55,478 bases of DNA from Chiloscyllium plagiosum (taxonomy: Eukaryota). The notes beneath the pieces were generated by a model. The model was not told the DNA's origin. It ran no database searches and worked only from the letters and a program-made list of their open reading frames with translations. Shown piece after piece: positions 34,945 to 47,776 of this stretch (the stretch's first letter is position 1; each line of letters opens with the position of its first letter). The stretch lies in assembly GCF_004010195.1 (NCBI RefSeq), contig NC_057753.1, positions 13,505,979 through 13,561,456 of the forward strand. Direction: 5' to 3'. The translations under genes were made by a program, and so were the position numbers.

Positions 34945-35825
34945 ATTTGGCAAGTTGGAACCACAATTGGCTGAGTGGCCGGAAGCAGAGAGTGACAGTT
35001 CAGAGATAATTTTATGATTGGAACCTCCTGTCTAGTGAGAGTACCACAGTGCTCTGTGGCGAGCCCTTGTTGTTTTTGGTTTATGTAAATGATTTAGACT
35101 TAAATGCAGAGGGTTATTCAGTAAGTTTGCAGATGATACAAAAGTAATTGATGACAAGTAGTGAGGAGGATAGCCTGAGTTTACTGGAGGATATAGACAG
35201 GCTGGTTAGATGGGTTGAGCAGTGGTAAACGGAATTCGATCTGGATCAGTGAGAAGCAACATTTTTGGACAGGATATTTTACCATTGCATTTGGCTGTTA
35301 ATCAGAACATTCGTGATTAATCGACCAGCCAGAGAAGGAAGCCTATTTCTTATTCCTATCAGCATACTCTGTGACACAGGCCTGGATTGTCAATGGGAGT
35401 TTTGGCTGCAAAACAATTTCACTCAAAGATTGCTCACTGCACAGTTATCCCATGAGTCCCTAAACAAACAGCTACTAATCCTTCTGAATTAATTCTGTCC
35501 CTCCAATTGTTTACCCATCGTTACAGTGAGACCGACTGGCTTGTAGTTTCTCAATTTATCCCTTGCTCCCTTCTTGATTGAAAGTTGCATTTTGACAATC
35601 CTTCAGTCCTACAGCCCTTTCCTGTGGTCAGAAGGGAATTGGAATTTTTGCATGCATCCTTGCTGTTTTGTTCCAACAACTTGTCCCAACAATATAGGAT
35701 CCATTTTACCTAGACTCTGGATGTTTATTCTCATCCCAGGCAGCCAGACTACTTAAAACCTTCTTCAGCTTTATGCTATTTTATTTAAGGAACAACAGCA
35801 GTAATCTGCGTGGACCCAAAGGATA

Positions 35826-36250
35826 TCTTATGAGGTCTTATGAGGAAAGGCTGAGAGACTTGGGTCTGTTCTCATTGGAAAGAAGAAGGCTAAGAGGGGA
35901 TTTGATAGAGACATATATCAGGGGATTAGATAGGGACTACAGTGAGAGTCTTTTTCCTAGGATGATGATGTCAGCTTGTACGAGGCGACATAACTACAAA
36001 TTGAGGGGTGATAGATTTAAGACAGATGTCAGAGGCAGGCTCTTCAAACAGAGAGTGGTAACGGCAGAGAATGCCCTGCCTGACAATGTAGTTAACTCAT
36101 CCACATTAGGGAGATTTAAACAATCCTTGGATAAGCACATGGATGATGATGGGATAGTGTAGGGGGATGAGCTGAGAATATTTCACAGGTTGGTGTAACA
36201 TTGAGGGCCAAAGGCCCTGTTCTGCGCTGTATTGTTCTATGTTCTATGTA
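35826..36250 (+). mobile_element. CR1 3' fragment
   Basis: [27 protein letters not shown]...FKQSLDKHM, with an (TTCTATG)n tail. Confidence 0.88.
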
Positions 36251-38299
36251 TCGCGTAGGCCTAGTTCTGAATGAATACTTTGCGTCAGTGCTCACTCATG
36301 ATAAAGACAAATCAGGGAGGAATATGTGCTTGGATTTAATGGGCACTACTTTTTACTTTGTTATCCTTTAACCATTAATGTACCTTTAAAACAACTGAGC
36401 ATTTTCCTTTAGTTTACTATCTCCATAATCTCCATAACCTCCTTCAATCCCCACAACCCTCCGTAATCTATTTAGAATCTGACAGTGCTCCCTATCACAA
36501 TAACCTCCTCCTTAAAACCCTACATCACTTCATATATGTCAAGTCTGCTCCAATACCTCCAGTCCTTCTGATATCTGTATCTTCCTTCAGTTGCTCAACA
36601 TTTTCATAAAGTAATATCCTTCCCTGTTGAAAGCCCTGTCTGCCTTTGTATGCTCCTCCCATCGCTACAGCCCCTTCTAGTTCTCCATATCTCCCCATTT
36701 AAGTTCCCTGATGCACATTTACCTGACAATATCTGCTCCCTGTACACTCTGACCAAATCATGCCTGGACTTATTAAAATCAACCTTATTACAACTCTGAT
36801 GTGAGGTCCATCTTTGTTTTTTTTCCTCCAAAACATTCCTGAATCTCTTTAAATGAGTTACGACATTAGTCTGAAAAATACTCCCTCCCTGCTATTTTAA
36901 AGATTTGTCTGTCTTTGTGATCTAAAATTGGTTGCAAGAGCTCCCCCTTCCTGGTTGGGATTTCTATATAACTGGCCTCAACTGCTGTCCTGCATCCATT
37001 TTAAAAGTTCCTTTAAACCTTTCACAGAATGACGACCACAGTTAATGTTGGGGAAGTTAAAAATCCCCCACTATCACGATCTTATGTTTAGATTTTCCCG
37101 AAATTTGCCTCTTTATCGGCTCTACAAACTGTACAAGCTCCTACAAATAGGAGTTTGATTAAAGCGTTTCCCAAGATATCATCTCTCATCGTTGTAACAA
37201 ATTCCCTGATATCATATCTTTCAAAGAGAGTACCAGACGCGGGGTGGATTCAAAATATAACTTTTTTTTTGCTTAGTTACAGCTCAGTAACAGCACTCAG
37301 GAAAACAAAACGGCACAAAAGTCACACACAAAAAAAGACACACCCACAGGCTTCAGAATGTCTTTCATTTCAACTTCCAGAACACACTTTGATTACTATT
37401 GGTCAACAAAAAGCCGAGTTGTTGCTCGGTCGTTGGCTCTCTTTCACACACACACAGCATTTTCACTGAGATTGACAGGTCCCTAGCCCAATCACGGTCA
37501 CAGTGATGTTGTTGAAACTTTAACAATGACTGCTGTCAGAGTAACATTTGCCGAAACTGCCCAATTAATTGGAAATTCCTCATTACATGGAAAACAAAAG
37601 AATGTTGACTTTGGATAATTTTTAACAATGTCGTGAGGTCTAACGGATCCCCATATGTTAAACGAGGGGAGAGAAAGGGAGAGAGGAAGAGAAATAACCG
37701 TTTGTGCTTGCTTAACTGTTAGTGGTCTGGTTTGAATCCTTTTGTGGACGAATAACGTGTTTTGGGGATAAGGCAGGAACAGGATACTGAGTGTGGATGA
37801 TCAGCCATGATCATAATGAATGGTGGTACTGGTTTGAAGGGCCGAATGGCCTACTCCTGCACCTATTGTCATGTGTCTAATGTTGTCACCTTTTGTGTTA
37901 GCTGCAAATGTTAATTGTTTTCTCTACGGCTGACAGAGTCAAATGCTATTAATGGCCACCTCAATAAAATCCTGCTGTCAGCAACAGTTGTGTGCAGCCA
38001 TCTTATGCTACTCAGTTTGGCCAGTCATAACAATCCAGTTTGTACTACTCAGTTACAGGCAGTCTAACATTCCCTAAACATAACAAACAGAGACGCCTCT
38101 TCTTTTGCCTCCTTCGCTGTCTCACATGAATATCCCGTTTCCTGGATATTGAACTTCAAACCCTGCCTCAACCTCAACAACGTCTCAGTGAGAGCAGTGT
38201 CATCACACCCCATTTTTAATTTGTGTCCTCAACTCATCCACCTTGTTCATTAAAGCACCAGTGTTAAAATCAATGCGATTCAACCACACCAAACCAGCT

Positions 38300-39285
38300 T
38301 TAGGGTGAGAGGGGAAAGATATAAAACAAGGACCTAAGAGACAACTTAAGCATGCAGAGGGTGGTGGGTGTGTGTGTGTGTGGAATGAGCTACCAAAGAG
38401 AGTGGTGATGGCTGGTACAATTACAGCATTTAACATGCATCTGGATGGGTGTATGAATAGGAAGGATTTAGAGGGATATGGGCCAAGTATTTAATTCAGA
38501 TAAATGCAAGGTGCTGTATTTTGGGAAAGCAAATCTTAGCAGGACTTATACACCTAATGGTAAGGTCCTAGGGAGTGTTGCTGAACAAAGAGACCTTGGA
38601 GTGCAGGTTTATAGCTCCTTGAAAATGGTGTCATAGGTAGATAGGATAGTGAAGAAGGCGTTTGGTATGATTTCCTTTATTGGTCAGAGTATTGAGTACA
38701 GGAGTTGGGAGGTCATGTTGCGGCTGTACAGGACATTGGTTAGGCCACTGTTGGAATATTGCGTGCAATTCTGGTCTCCTTCCTATTGGAAAGATGTTGT
38801 GAAAATTGAACAGGTTCAGAAAAGATTTACAAAGATGTTGCCAGGGTTGGAGGATTTCAACTATAGGGAGAGGGCGAAACAGGCTGGGGCTGTTTCCCTT
38901 GGAGCGTCAGAGGCTGAGGGGTAACCTTACAGAGGTTTACAAAATTATGAGGGGCATGGATAGGATCTTTTCCCTGGGGTCAGAGAGTCCAGAACTAGAG
39001 GGCATAGGTTTAGGGTGAGAGTAGAAAGATAATAAAAAAAAATTAAGGGGCAACTTTTTCTTACAGCGGGTGGTATGAGTATGGAATAAGCTGCCAAAGG
39101 AAGTAGTGGAGACTGGTACAATTGCAACATTTAAGAGGCATTTGGATGGATATATGAATCGGAAGGGTTTGGAGGGATATGGGCCGGGTACTGGCAAATG
39201 GGACTAGATTAGGTTAGGATACCTGGTCACCATGGACGAGTTGAACTAAGGGTCTGTTTCTGTGCTGTACATCTCTATGAGTCGA
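38300..39285 (+). mobile_element. CR1 3' fragments
   Basis: LYRTLVRPLLEYCVQFWSP, LGLFPLERQRLRGNLTEVYKIM, and a CTCTATGA tail. Confidence 0.88.
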
Positions 39286-39739
39286 CCCTAACCCCCTTGT
39301 ACATGAACTGGCCTGTAATGTCAATGCCTTCCTAGCTCACTCGTTGATTCTTCTCTTCTTACACTTTGTCCATTTTCTCTGGATCTCACAATACTTGTCA
39401 ACAGTACTTGTAACTAAACTTGCAGCTTTTCAGGCTCTTTCTCCCAACCGCTCATGTGAAGGGCACTGATTAGCTTATCTCTAAGGCACTCACAAGTAGG
39501 AAAAAAAAGACCTGACGCAACGTATTTTAACAAACAGCTGATTTGTACTATTTTTAAATCACAAATAGGTAACTGAACCTGTGACGTTTGTAAATATCAT
39601 CAGAAATAGATCCAGAAAGCATGGTTTAGATATAAATACCAAAAGCATTAACATCCAACATTGACGGTTACAAGGGAACTCGTTTTGTTTAAGCAATCCA
39701 GATGAACTTCAAAATCCCTTCGGAAAGAAGGCAAATAGT

Positions 39740-40305
39740 ACAGGAGCGGGGATGTGTCACTACAGTTATGCAGGGTCGTGGTGAGGCCGCACCGAGAATA
39801 TTGTGAGCAGTTTTGCTCGCTTTTTCTGAGGAAGGATGCTCGTGCTCTCGCGGGAGTGCAGCAAAGGTTTGCCAGCCTGATCCTGGGATGGCTGGACTGA
39901 CGTATAAGGTTACATCAGTTAGGTTAGGATTGCTTTTACTGGAGTTCAGATGAATGAGGTGGGAAGAATCTAATAGACACTTATAAAATTCTAACAGGAC
40001 TAGACAGGGAAGATATTCCCAATGGTGGGTGCTTCCACAGTCTGCGGATTCCAGGTGGACTGTTTAGGTTGGAGATGAGGTGACATTTCTGCAGCCAAAG
40101 CGTGGTGAGCCTGTGGAATTCATTACCACAGGAAGTAGTTGATGCCAAGACATTGAATGTATTCAAGAGGCAGCTAGATACAGCACTTGGGGCTAATAGG
40201 ATCAAGGTGTATGGGGAGATCGGAGGAGTAGGCTATTGAGTAGGATGATCAGCCATGATCGTGATGAATGCTGGAACAGACACAAAGGGCCGAATGGCCG
40301 CCTAT
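39740..40305 (+). mobile_element. CR1-group LINE 3' fragment, degenerate
   Basis: Degenerate VRPH.EYC.QF and SLWNSLPQEVV..FKRQLD motifs. Confidence 0.7.
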
Positions 40306-40588
40306 GAAACCGATATGCGGGTGGACAAGCTTGTGTTGATATAGAGTAATATTGCGATTATTTTCAAACCCATCCTACACAATTGCATCAATGATTTATC
40401 CAGAATATCAGCCCTTTAAATGGATCAGGGTTTAATAACATGAACGCAAACGGCTCAATGACCAAGGTTTATTCCTTAATGTGAGGAAAAAGCAAAACCC
40501 TTCACCTATGGCTCTTTTGAATTTGCTGATGTGCTCGCAAACAGCAAAAGATGTTTACACAAGCAGAACAGGTGGTGAACAGGATCCA

Positions 40589-40718
40589 AGGAGAAAGTGA
40601 GGACCGCAGATGCTGGAGATCAGAGCTGAAAATGTGTTGCTGGAAAAGCGCAGCAGGTCAGGCAGCATCCAAGGAACAGGAGAATCGACGTTTCGGGCAT
40701 AAGCCCTTCTTCAGGAAT
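40589..40718 (-). mobile_element. 130-bp Penelope pLTR-derived insertion with 7-bp TSD
   Basis: GGATCCA at 40582-40588 and 40719-40725. Same family as the termini at 51341-51470 and 54430-54500. Confidence 0.85.
40683..40718 (-). ncRNA. Minimal type I hammerhead ribozyme
   Basis: Minus strand ATTC-CTGAAGA-A-GGGC-TTAT-GCCC-GAAAC-GTC-GATT: CUGANGA core, stem II, GAAA, a very short palindromic stem III, GUC triplet and a short stem I. Confidence 0.7.
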
Positions 40719-40844
40719 GGATCCACCCAGTGTCATTTCACTGTGGTGCTCACAGTTCAAAATCTCTTCCCATATACAGAACAAGTGAACAGTCTCTCCA
40801 CAGAGTAAATGGGCTGGTGTCTCAGCAGCTTTCACACAATCAAA

Positions 40845-41573
40845 TCAATCAGGGCAGCTGAGTGGTTTCTCTCTGGTGTGGACGCGCTGGTGTATCAGCA
40901 GTCTCGACGAGCAATTGAATGCTTTCCCACAATCAGAACACGTGAATGGTCTCTCCCCAGTGTGAACACGCTGGTGTATCTGCAGATTACATGAGCGATT
41001 GAATCCTTTCCCACATTCAGGACAGGTGAATGGTTTCTCCCCTGTGTGAATCCGCTGGTGTATCAGTAGTTTAGATGTGTAATTGAACCCTCTTCCACAT
41101 TCAGAACAGGTGAATGGTCTCTCCCCAGTGTGAATACGTTGATGTTTCAGCAGGCTGGATGAGGAAGTGAATCCTCTCCCACAGTCGGAGCAAGTGAATG
41201 GCCTCTCTCCAGTGTGAACACGCTGGTGGATCCGCAGGTCAGACGACTGAGCGAATGCTTTCCCGCACACGGAGCAGGCGAAAGGCCTCTCTCCAGTGTG
41301 AACCCGTTGGTGTATTCGCAAGTGGGATGACTGACTGAATCCCATCCCACAATCAGAGCAGGTGAATGGCTTCTCCCCAGTGTGACTGCGTTGGTGAGTT
41401 TCCAGTTCGGATGGGTAAAGAAAACCCCTCCCGCAATCCCCACATTTCCACAGGCTCTCCCCAGTGTGACTGCGTTGGTGAGTCTTCAGCTGGGATGGGT
41501 AAAGAAATCCCTTCCCACAATCCGCACATTTCCACCGTCTCTCCCTCGGGTGATTGCGCTGGCGTTTGGACAT
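40845..41573 (-). CDS. Tandem C2H2 zinc-finger protein, 8 intact fingers, no effector domain seen
   Basis: 242-aa ORF with eight CxxC-x12-HxxxH fingers and TGEKP/TGERP linkers. A candidate acceptor ctctgtttcacag ends at 41783 on the minus strand. Confidence 0.88.
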   Translation of the reverse strand: MSKRQRNHPRERRWKCADCGKGFLYPSQLKTHQRSHTGESLWKCGDCGRGFLYPSELETHQRSHTGEKPFTCSDCGMGFSQSSHLRIHQRVHTGERPFACSVCGKAFAQSSDLRIHQRVHTGERPFTCSDCGRGFTSSSSLLKHQRIHTGERPFTCSECGRGFNYTSKLLIHQRIHTGEKPFTCPECGKGFNRSCNLQIHQRVHTGERPFTCSDCGKAFNCSSRLLIHQRVHTREKPLSCPD

Positions 41574-42024
41574 GTCAGATTAACCTTCACAGACTCTTCC
41601 ACGTGCAGACGACGCCCGTTTCTTCCGCTGTGAACAATGCTTTTTCCTTCAATGTTCAAAATTCTGAGGAAAAACGAGGTTATGATAAACGGAATGACAG
41701 TCAGATCCGGATGTGGCTTCATTTGAAGTCTCCGATTGCAAATCACAAAGACAAAACAAAAGAAATTAGAGGAAAACACAAGCTGTGAAACAGAGAGCAA
41801 TTTGTGGAGATGATACCGAGGGAAACTGCTGGGATTTCATTAAAACCAACTGGTTAATAAATGTCCTTCAGGGAAGGAAACCAGTCACTGCAGAAAACAA
41901 CAGAGAGAGTGATTAAGGTGGGAGAGACAGGTATGAAGCAGACACGTTTTACACAACTCAGTCCTGTTCCTGTTTTCTCCCCCGCCCCTTTAATCCACCC
42001 CAAGGGCTAAGAACAAGTACCCAG

Positions 42025-42670
42025 TTCCTTGGAAGTGGACTTGCAAGTAGACAGGGTGGTGAAAGCAGCACTTGGAATACTTGCCTTTATTGGTCAGTGC
42101 ACTGACTGTAGGAGTTGGGAGGCCATGTTGTGGCGGCATTAGACACTGGTTAGGCTCGGCTTGGAAGATGCAGTTCTGCTCTCCCTGCGGGAGGAAAGAT
42201 GTTGTGAAACTTAAACATTCAGAAGAGATTCGTTGCTGGGATTTAGAATTGGGCTATCGGGAAAAAGGCTGAATAGGCTGCGGCTCTTTTTGCGTGGAGT
42301 GTCAGAGGCTGAGGAATGATCTTGTTGAGGTTTATAAAATCATGAAGGTCATGGATTGGGTGAGTAGCCAACGTCCTTTTCACCGGGGTAAGGGAGCTTA
42401 AAACTAGTGGATAGAGGTTTAAGGCGGGAGGGGAAAGGTTTGAAAGAGACCGGAGGGGCAATTCTTTCCACACAGAGGATGATTTGCATATGAAATGAGT
42501 GAGCAGAGGAGACCCGGATAATTACAAACATTTAAAAGGCATCTGGATGGGTACATGAACAGTGAGTGTTTAAAGGGGATATAAGCCAAAGCTGGCTAAT
42601 TGGGGTAGATCAGTTTAGAACCGGTCAGTATGGAAAAGTTAGACCAACGGGTCTGTTTGTTTGCTAACTC
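42025..42670 (+). mobile_element. CR1 3' fragment, degenerate
   Basis: Similar to 38600-39280 (GAGTGTCAGAGGCTGAGG, GAGGTTTATAAAATCATG, GGCATCTGGATGGGTACATGAA). Confidence 0.75.
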
Positions 42671-44821
42671 TGACACAAAGTGCTTATGCAAAGTGGCAGA
42701 AATCCAGATTAAAATCAGAAAATGCTGGAGATGTTCAGCAGGTCTGGCGGGACTTAAAATGGTGACAGATGCAGGAATCATTACAATCTTAGAACGAGAA
42801 CAAAGACTTGTTATCTCTGGTTTGTTACCCGTGCCACCAGCTAGCGAGGTGAGGAATAGGGAGAGAGAGGAGTTGAACACATGGCGACAGAGATGGTGCA
42901 GGAGAGAGGAATTCAGATACCCTGGATAATTGGGGCTCATTCTGGGGTAGGTGGGACCTCGACAAATGGGATGGTCTCCACCTGAACCAGAGGGGTACCA
43001 ATATCCTTGGGAGGCGGGTGGAGGTTTGCTAATTTTCTTCAGGAGGATTTAAACTAAGTCAGCAGGAGGAACCTGAATTGTGGCTCCAGTGTACAGGAGG
43101 TTGAGAGTTCTGAGGTCATGAATAAGGTTTCAAGGTCACAGGACTGTACCGGCAAGCAGGAAGGTGGTTTGAAGTGTGTCTGTCTACTTCAACGCCAGAA
43201 GCATCTGGAATGAGGTGGGTGAATGTGCAGCATGGGTTGGTACCTGGGACTTCGATGTTGTGGCCATTTCGGAGACATGGATAGAGCAGGAACAGAAATG
43301 GTTGTTGCAAGTTCTGTGGCTTAGATGTTTCATTAACAACAGGAAAGGTGGGAAAAGAGGAGGTGGTGGCATTGTTGGTTAAGGACAGTATGATGGTGGC
43401 AGAAAGGACGTTTGATGAGGACTCATCTACTGAGGTAATATGGGCTGAGGGTAGAAACAGGCAAGGACAGGTCACCCTGTTGGGAGTTTTCAAAAATGTC
43501 TGAAAAATTCCAGAGATGTAGTGGAAAGGTTGCAAAGATGATCCTCAATAGGAGCGAGGGTAACATGGTAGTTGTTATGGGGGACTTTAACTTTCCTAAT
43601 ATTGATTGGAAACACCATATGTTGAGTACCTTAGATAGGTCAGTTTTTGTCCAATGTATACATGAGGGTTTCCTGACACAGTATGTAGATAGGCCAATTA
43701 GAGGCGAAGCCATATTGGATTTGGTACTGGGTAATGTACCATGGCAGGTGTTACATTTGGAGATAGGTGAGCACTTTGGTGATAGTGACCACAGTTCAGT
43801 TGTGTTTACTTTAGCGATGGAAAGGGATAGGTAAATACCCACAGGGCAAGAATTATAACTGGGGAAGGACAATTTTGACATGATTAGGTAGGGTTTAGGA
43901 TGCATTGGATGGGAAAGGAAACTGCAGGGCCTGGGCACAATTGAAATGTGGAGCCTGTTCAAGGAACATCTATTGATAAGTATGTACATATCACGCAGGA
44001 TGGAAGTGGCGAGAGAGGGAACCGTGGTTTACTAAAGACGTTGAATCTCTTATCAAGAGGAAGGAGGAGGATTATGTAAAGATGAGACATAAAGGCTCAG
44101 TTAGGGCACTTGAGTGTTACAAGGTAGCCAGGAAGGACAGAAAGAGAGAGCTAAGAAGAGCCAGAAGGGCAGATGAGAAGTCTTTGGCAGGTAGGATCAA
44201 AGAAAATCCTAAAGCTTTCTCTTCTATGTCAGGAATAAAAGAAAAAGTTCGGGCCTGTCAAGGTCAATAGCGGGAAGTTGTGCGTGGAGTCCGAAGAGAT
44301 AGGAGAAGCGCTAAGTGAATATTTTTCGTTAGCATTCACAGAGGAAAAAGAAAACGTTGTCGAGGAGAATACGGAGATACAGGCTACTAGACTAGACAGG
44401 ATTGAGGTTCATCAGGAGGAGATGTTAGCAATTCTGGAAAGAGTCAAAATAGGTAAGTCCCTTAGGCCGGATGGCATTTATCCTAAGATTCTCTGGGAAG
44501 CCAGGGAGGAGATTGCTGAGCCTTTGGCTTTGATCTTTATGTCATCATTGTCTACAGGAATAGTTCCAGAAGACTGGAGGATAGCAAATGTTGTTCCCGT
44601 GTTCAAGAAGGGGAGTAGAGACAACCCTGGTAATTACAGACCAGTGAGCCTTCGGTTATGGGTAAAGTGTTGGAAAGGATTAGAAGAGATAGGATTGGTA
44701 ATCATCTCGGAAGGAATAATTTGATTAGGGATAGTCAACATGGCTTTGTGAAGGGTAAGTCGTGCCTCAGAAACCTTATTGTGTTCATTCAGAAGGTGAT
44801 CTAACAGGTGGATGAGGGGAA

Positions 44822-47776
44822 GGGTAACTCCCCCAATGTCCTTTGGGGAGGTTTTTTGCTACTGCTATTGGGGAGGTTTTAAACTGATGTGGCAGGGGAC
44901 TGGGAACCAGAAGAGAAAACAAGTAGGCAGCGAGGTGGAGACTGGAGACTGTAAGAATTATGAAGATAGCATTAATAAAGGGAAGAGTAGGCAGACAGCA
45001 GGTGAGCGCAAAAGAACTGGTGGCCTGAAATGCATCTACTTTAATGCAAGGAGTATAGTGTGTAAGGCAGATGAACTTACGGCTTGGATTGGTGCCTGGG
45101 AGTATGACATTCTTGCCATCACAGAGACTTGGTTGAAGGAAGGGCATGATGATTGGCAACTAAATGTTCCAGGGCATAGACGCTCAGTGAGCGTGAGGTA
45201 GAAGAACAAATAGGTAAACAGATTATGAATAGATATAGAGGCAATAGGGTAGTGGTGTTGGGAGATTTTGATTTTCCCAACATTGACTGGAATACACTTA
45301 GTGTCAGAGGTCTGGATGGAGTAGAATTTGCACTAAGCATCCAGCAGAATTTTCTAGAGCAGTATGTCAATAGTCCGACGAGGGAAGGGGCCATATTGGA
45401 CCTGGTACTGGGGAATGAGCCAGGTCAAGTGGTAGAAGTTGCGGTGGGGGATTTCTTTGGGAACAGTGACCAGAAATCTGTAAGTTTTATAAAACTCGTA
45501 GATAAAGAAGAGAGTAGCCCTAAGGGAAGAGTGCTAAAGTGGGCCAAGGCCAATTATATCAAAATTAGGCAGGAGCTGGGAAATGTGGATTGAACACAGT
45601 TATTTGAAGGGAAGTCCACATTTGGGGTGTGGGAGGCTTTCAAAGATAGCTTAACGGCAGTGCAGGATAGGCATGTCCTGTTGAAGGCAAAGGATAGGAA
45701 GGGCAAGATTAGTGAACCATGGATGACAGGAGAAATTGTACAACTACGGAAAAGGGAAGCGTACATAAGGTCTCGGCAGCTAAGAACAGAACGTGCCCTG
45801 AAGGAATATCAGAAGAGTCAGACAAGTCTTAAACAAGGAATCAAGCGGGCTAAAAGGGGTCATGAAATAGCTTTAGCAAGCACAATTAGGGAAAATCCCC
45901 AAAGCATTTTATTCTTATATAAGAAGCAAGCGGGTAACTAGAGAATGGATTGGTCCACTAAAAGATAATGAAGGAAGGCTGTGTGCTGAACCGGAGAGAA
46001 TGGGTGAGATTCTGAATGATTACTTTGCATCAGTGTTCACTGAGGAGAGGAACATGATGAATCTTGAGATTAGAGATAGAAGTTTGATTAATCTGGCATA
46101 AGTAGGGAAGATGTGTTGGGTATGCTCGAAGTTATGATTTGATTACATTACAATGTGGAAACAGGCCCTTCGGCCCAACAAGTCCACACCGACCCGCCGA
46201 AGCGAAACCCACCCATACATTACCCCTTACCTAACACTACGGGCAATTTAGCATGGCCAATTCACCTGACCTGCACATCTTTGGACTGTGGGAGGAAACC
46301 GGAGCACCCGGAGGAAACCCACGCAGACACAGGGAGAACATGCAAACTCCACACAGTTAGTCGCCTGAGGCGGGAATTGAACCCGGGTCTCCGGCCCTGT
46401 GAAGCAGCAGTGCTAACCACTGTGCCACCGTGCCGCCCACAAAGGTGGACAAATCCCCAGGACCAGATGGGATCTATTCCACGTTGCTGAGGGAGGCGAG
46501 AGAGGAAATAGCTGGGGCCCTGACAGATATATCTTTGTGGCATCCTGAAATACAGGTGAGGTACCGGCGGACTGGAAGGTTGCTCATGTTGTCCCCCTGT
46601 ACAAGAAGGGTAGTAGGGATATTCAGGGTAACTACAGACCAGTGAGCCGGACGTCGGTGGTAGGGAAGTTGTTGGAGAGGGTACTAAGGGATAGGATCTA
46701 TTTATATTTGGAAAGGAATGAACTTACCGGTAATGGGCAACATGGTTTTGTGCGGGGGAGATCGTGCCTTACCAACTTGATAGACTTCTTCGAGGAAGTG
46801 ATCAAGTTGTTAGAAGAAGGAAGGGCTGTTGATGTCATATACATGGACTTTAGTAAGGTGTTTGATAAGATTCCCATGGTAGACTAATGGAGAAAGTGAA
46901 GTCACATGGTGTGCAGCATGTTCTAGTAGGTGGATGAAGAACTGGTTGAGCAACAGGAGACAGTAGTAGTTGAAGGGAGTTTCTCAAAATGGAGAAAGGT
47001 GACCAGTGGTGTTCCACAGGGGTCAGTGTTGGGGTCACCGTTGTTTGTAATATACATAAATGATCTAGAAGAGGGTACCGTTGGTATGATCAGTAAGTTT
47101 GCAGATGACACGAAGATTGGTGGAGTAGCAGAAAGCATAAGGGACTGTCAGAGAATACAGGAGAATATAGACAGGCAGGAGAGTTGGGCGGAAAAGTGGC
47201 AGATGGCTTTCAATCCAGACAAATGTGAGGTGATGCATTTAGGCAGGTCTAATTCTAGAACAAAATTATACAATGAATGGAAGAGCCTTTGGAAAAGTTG
47301 AGGGGCAGAGAGATCTGGGAGTGCAGGTCCATTGTACCCNNNNNNNNNNNNNNNNNNNNNNNNNNNNNNNNNNNNNNNNNNNNNNNNNNNNNNNNNNNNN
47401 NNNNNNNNNNNNNNNNNNNNNNNNNNNNNNNNNNNNNNNNNNNNNNNNNNNNNNNNNNNNNNNNNNNNNNNNNNNNNNNNNNNNNNNNNNNNNNNNNNNN
47501 NNNNNNNNNNNNNNNNNNNNNNNNNNNNNNNNNNNNNNNNNNNNNNNNNNNNNNNNNNNNNNNNNNNNNNNNNNNNNNNNNNNNNNNNNNNNNNNNNNNN
47601 NNNNNNNNNNNNNNNNNNNNNNNNNAAGATGCATCTGGACAGATGCATGAGTAGGTGGGGAGCAGAGGGATACAGATGCTTAGAAATTGACCGACAGGTT
47701 TAGACAGTACATTTGGATCGGCTCAGGCTTGGAGGGCCGAAGGGCCTGTTCCTGGGCTGTAAATTTTCTTTGTTCT
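44822..47776 (+). mobile_element. CR1 LINE (inner), with SINE and N gap
   Basis: CIYFNARSI, LAITETW, LGDFDFP, QHGF, YMDFSKVFD, GVPQGSVLG and KFADDTK motifs. Confidence 0.87.
46135..46439 (-). mobile_element. V-SINE (HE1-like), young
   Basis: Minus strand starts GGGCGGCACGGTGGCACAGTGGTTAGCACTGCTGC and is nearly identical to 53560-53886. Confidence 0.9.

Noticed and set aside
37260-37505. CCAAT-rich, promoter-like patch resembling the V1 promoter
   Set aside because: No leader with ATG and donor, and no V exon on either strand nearby.
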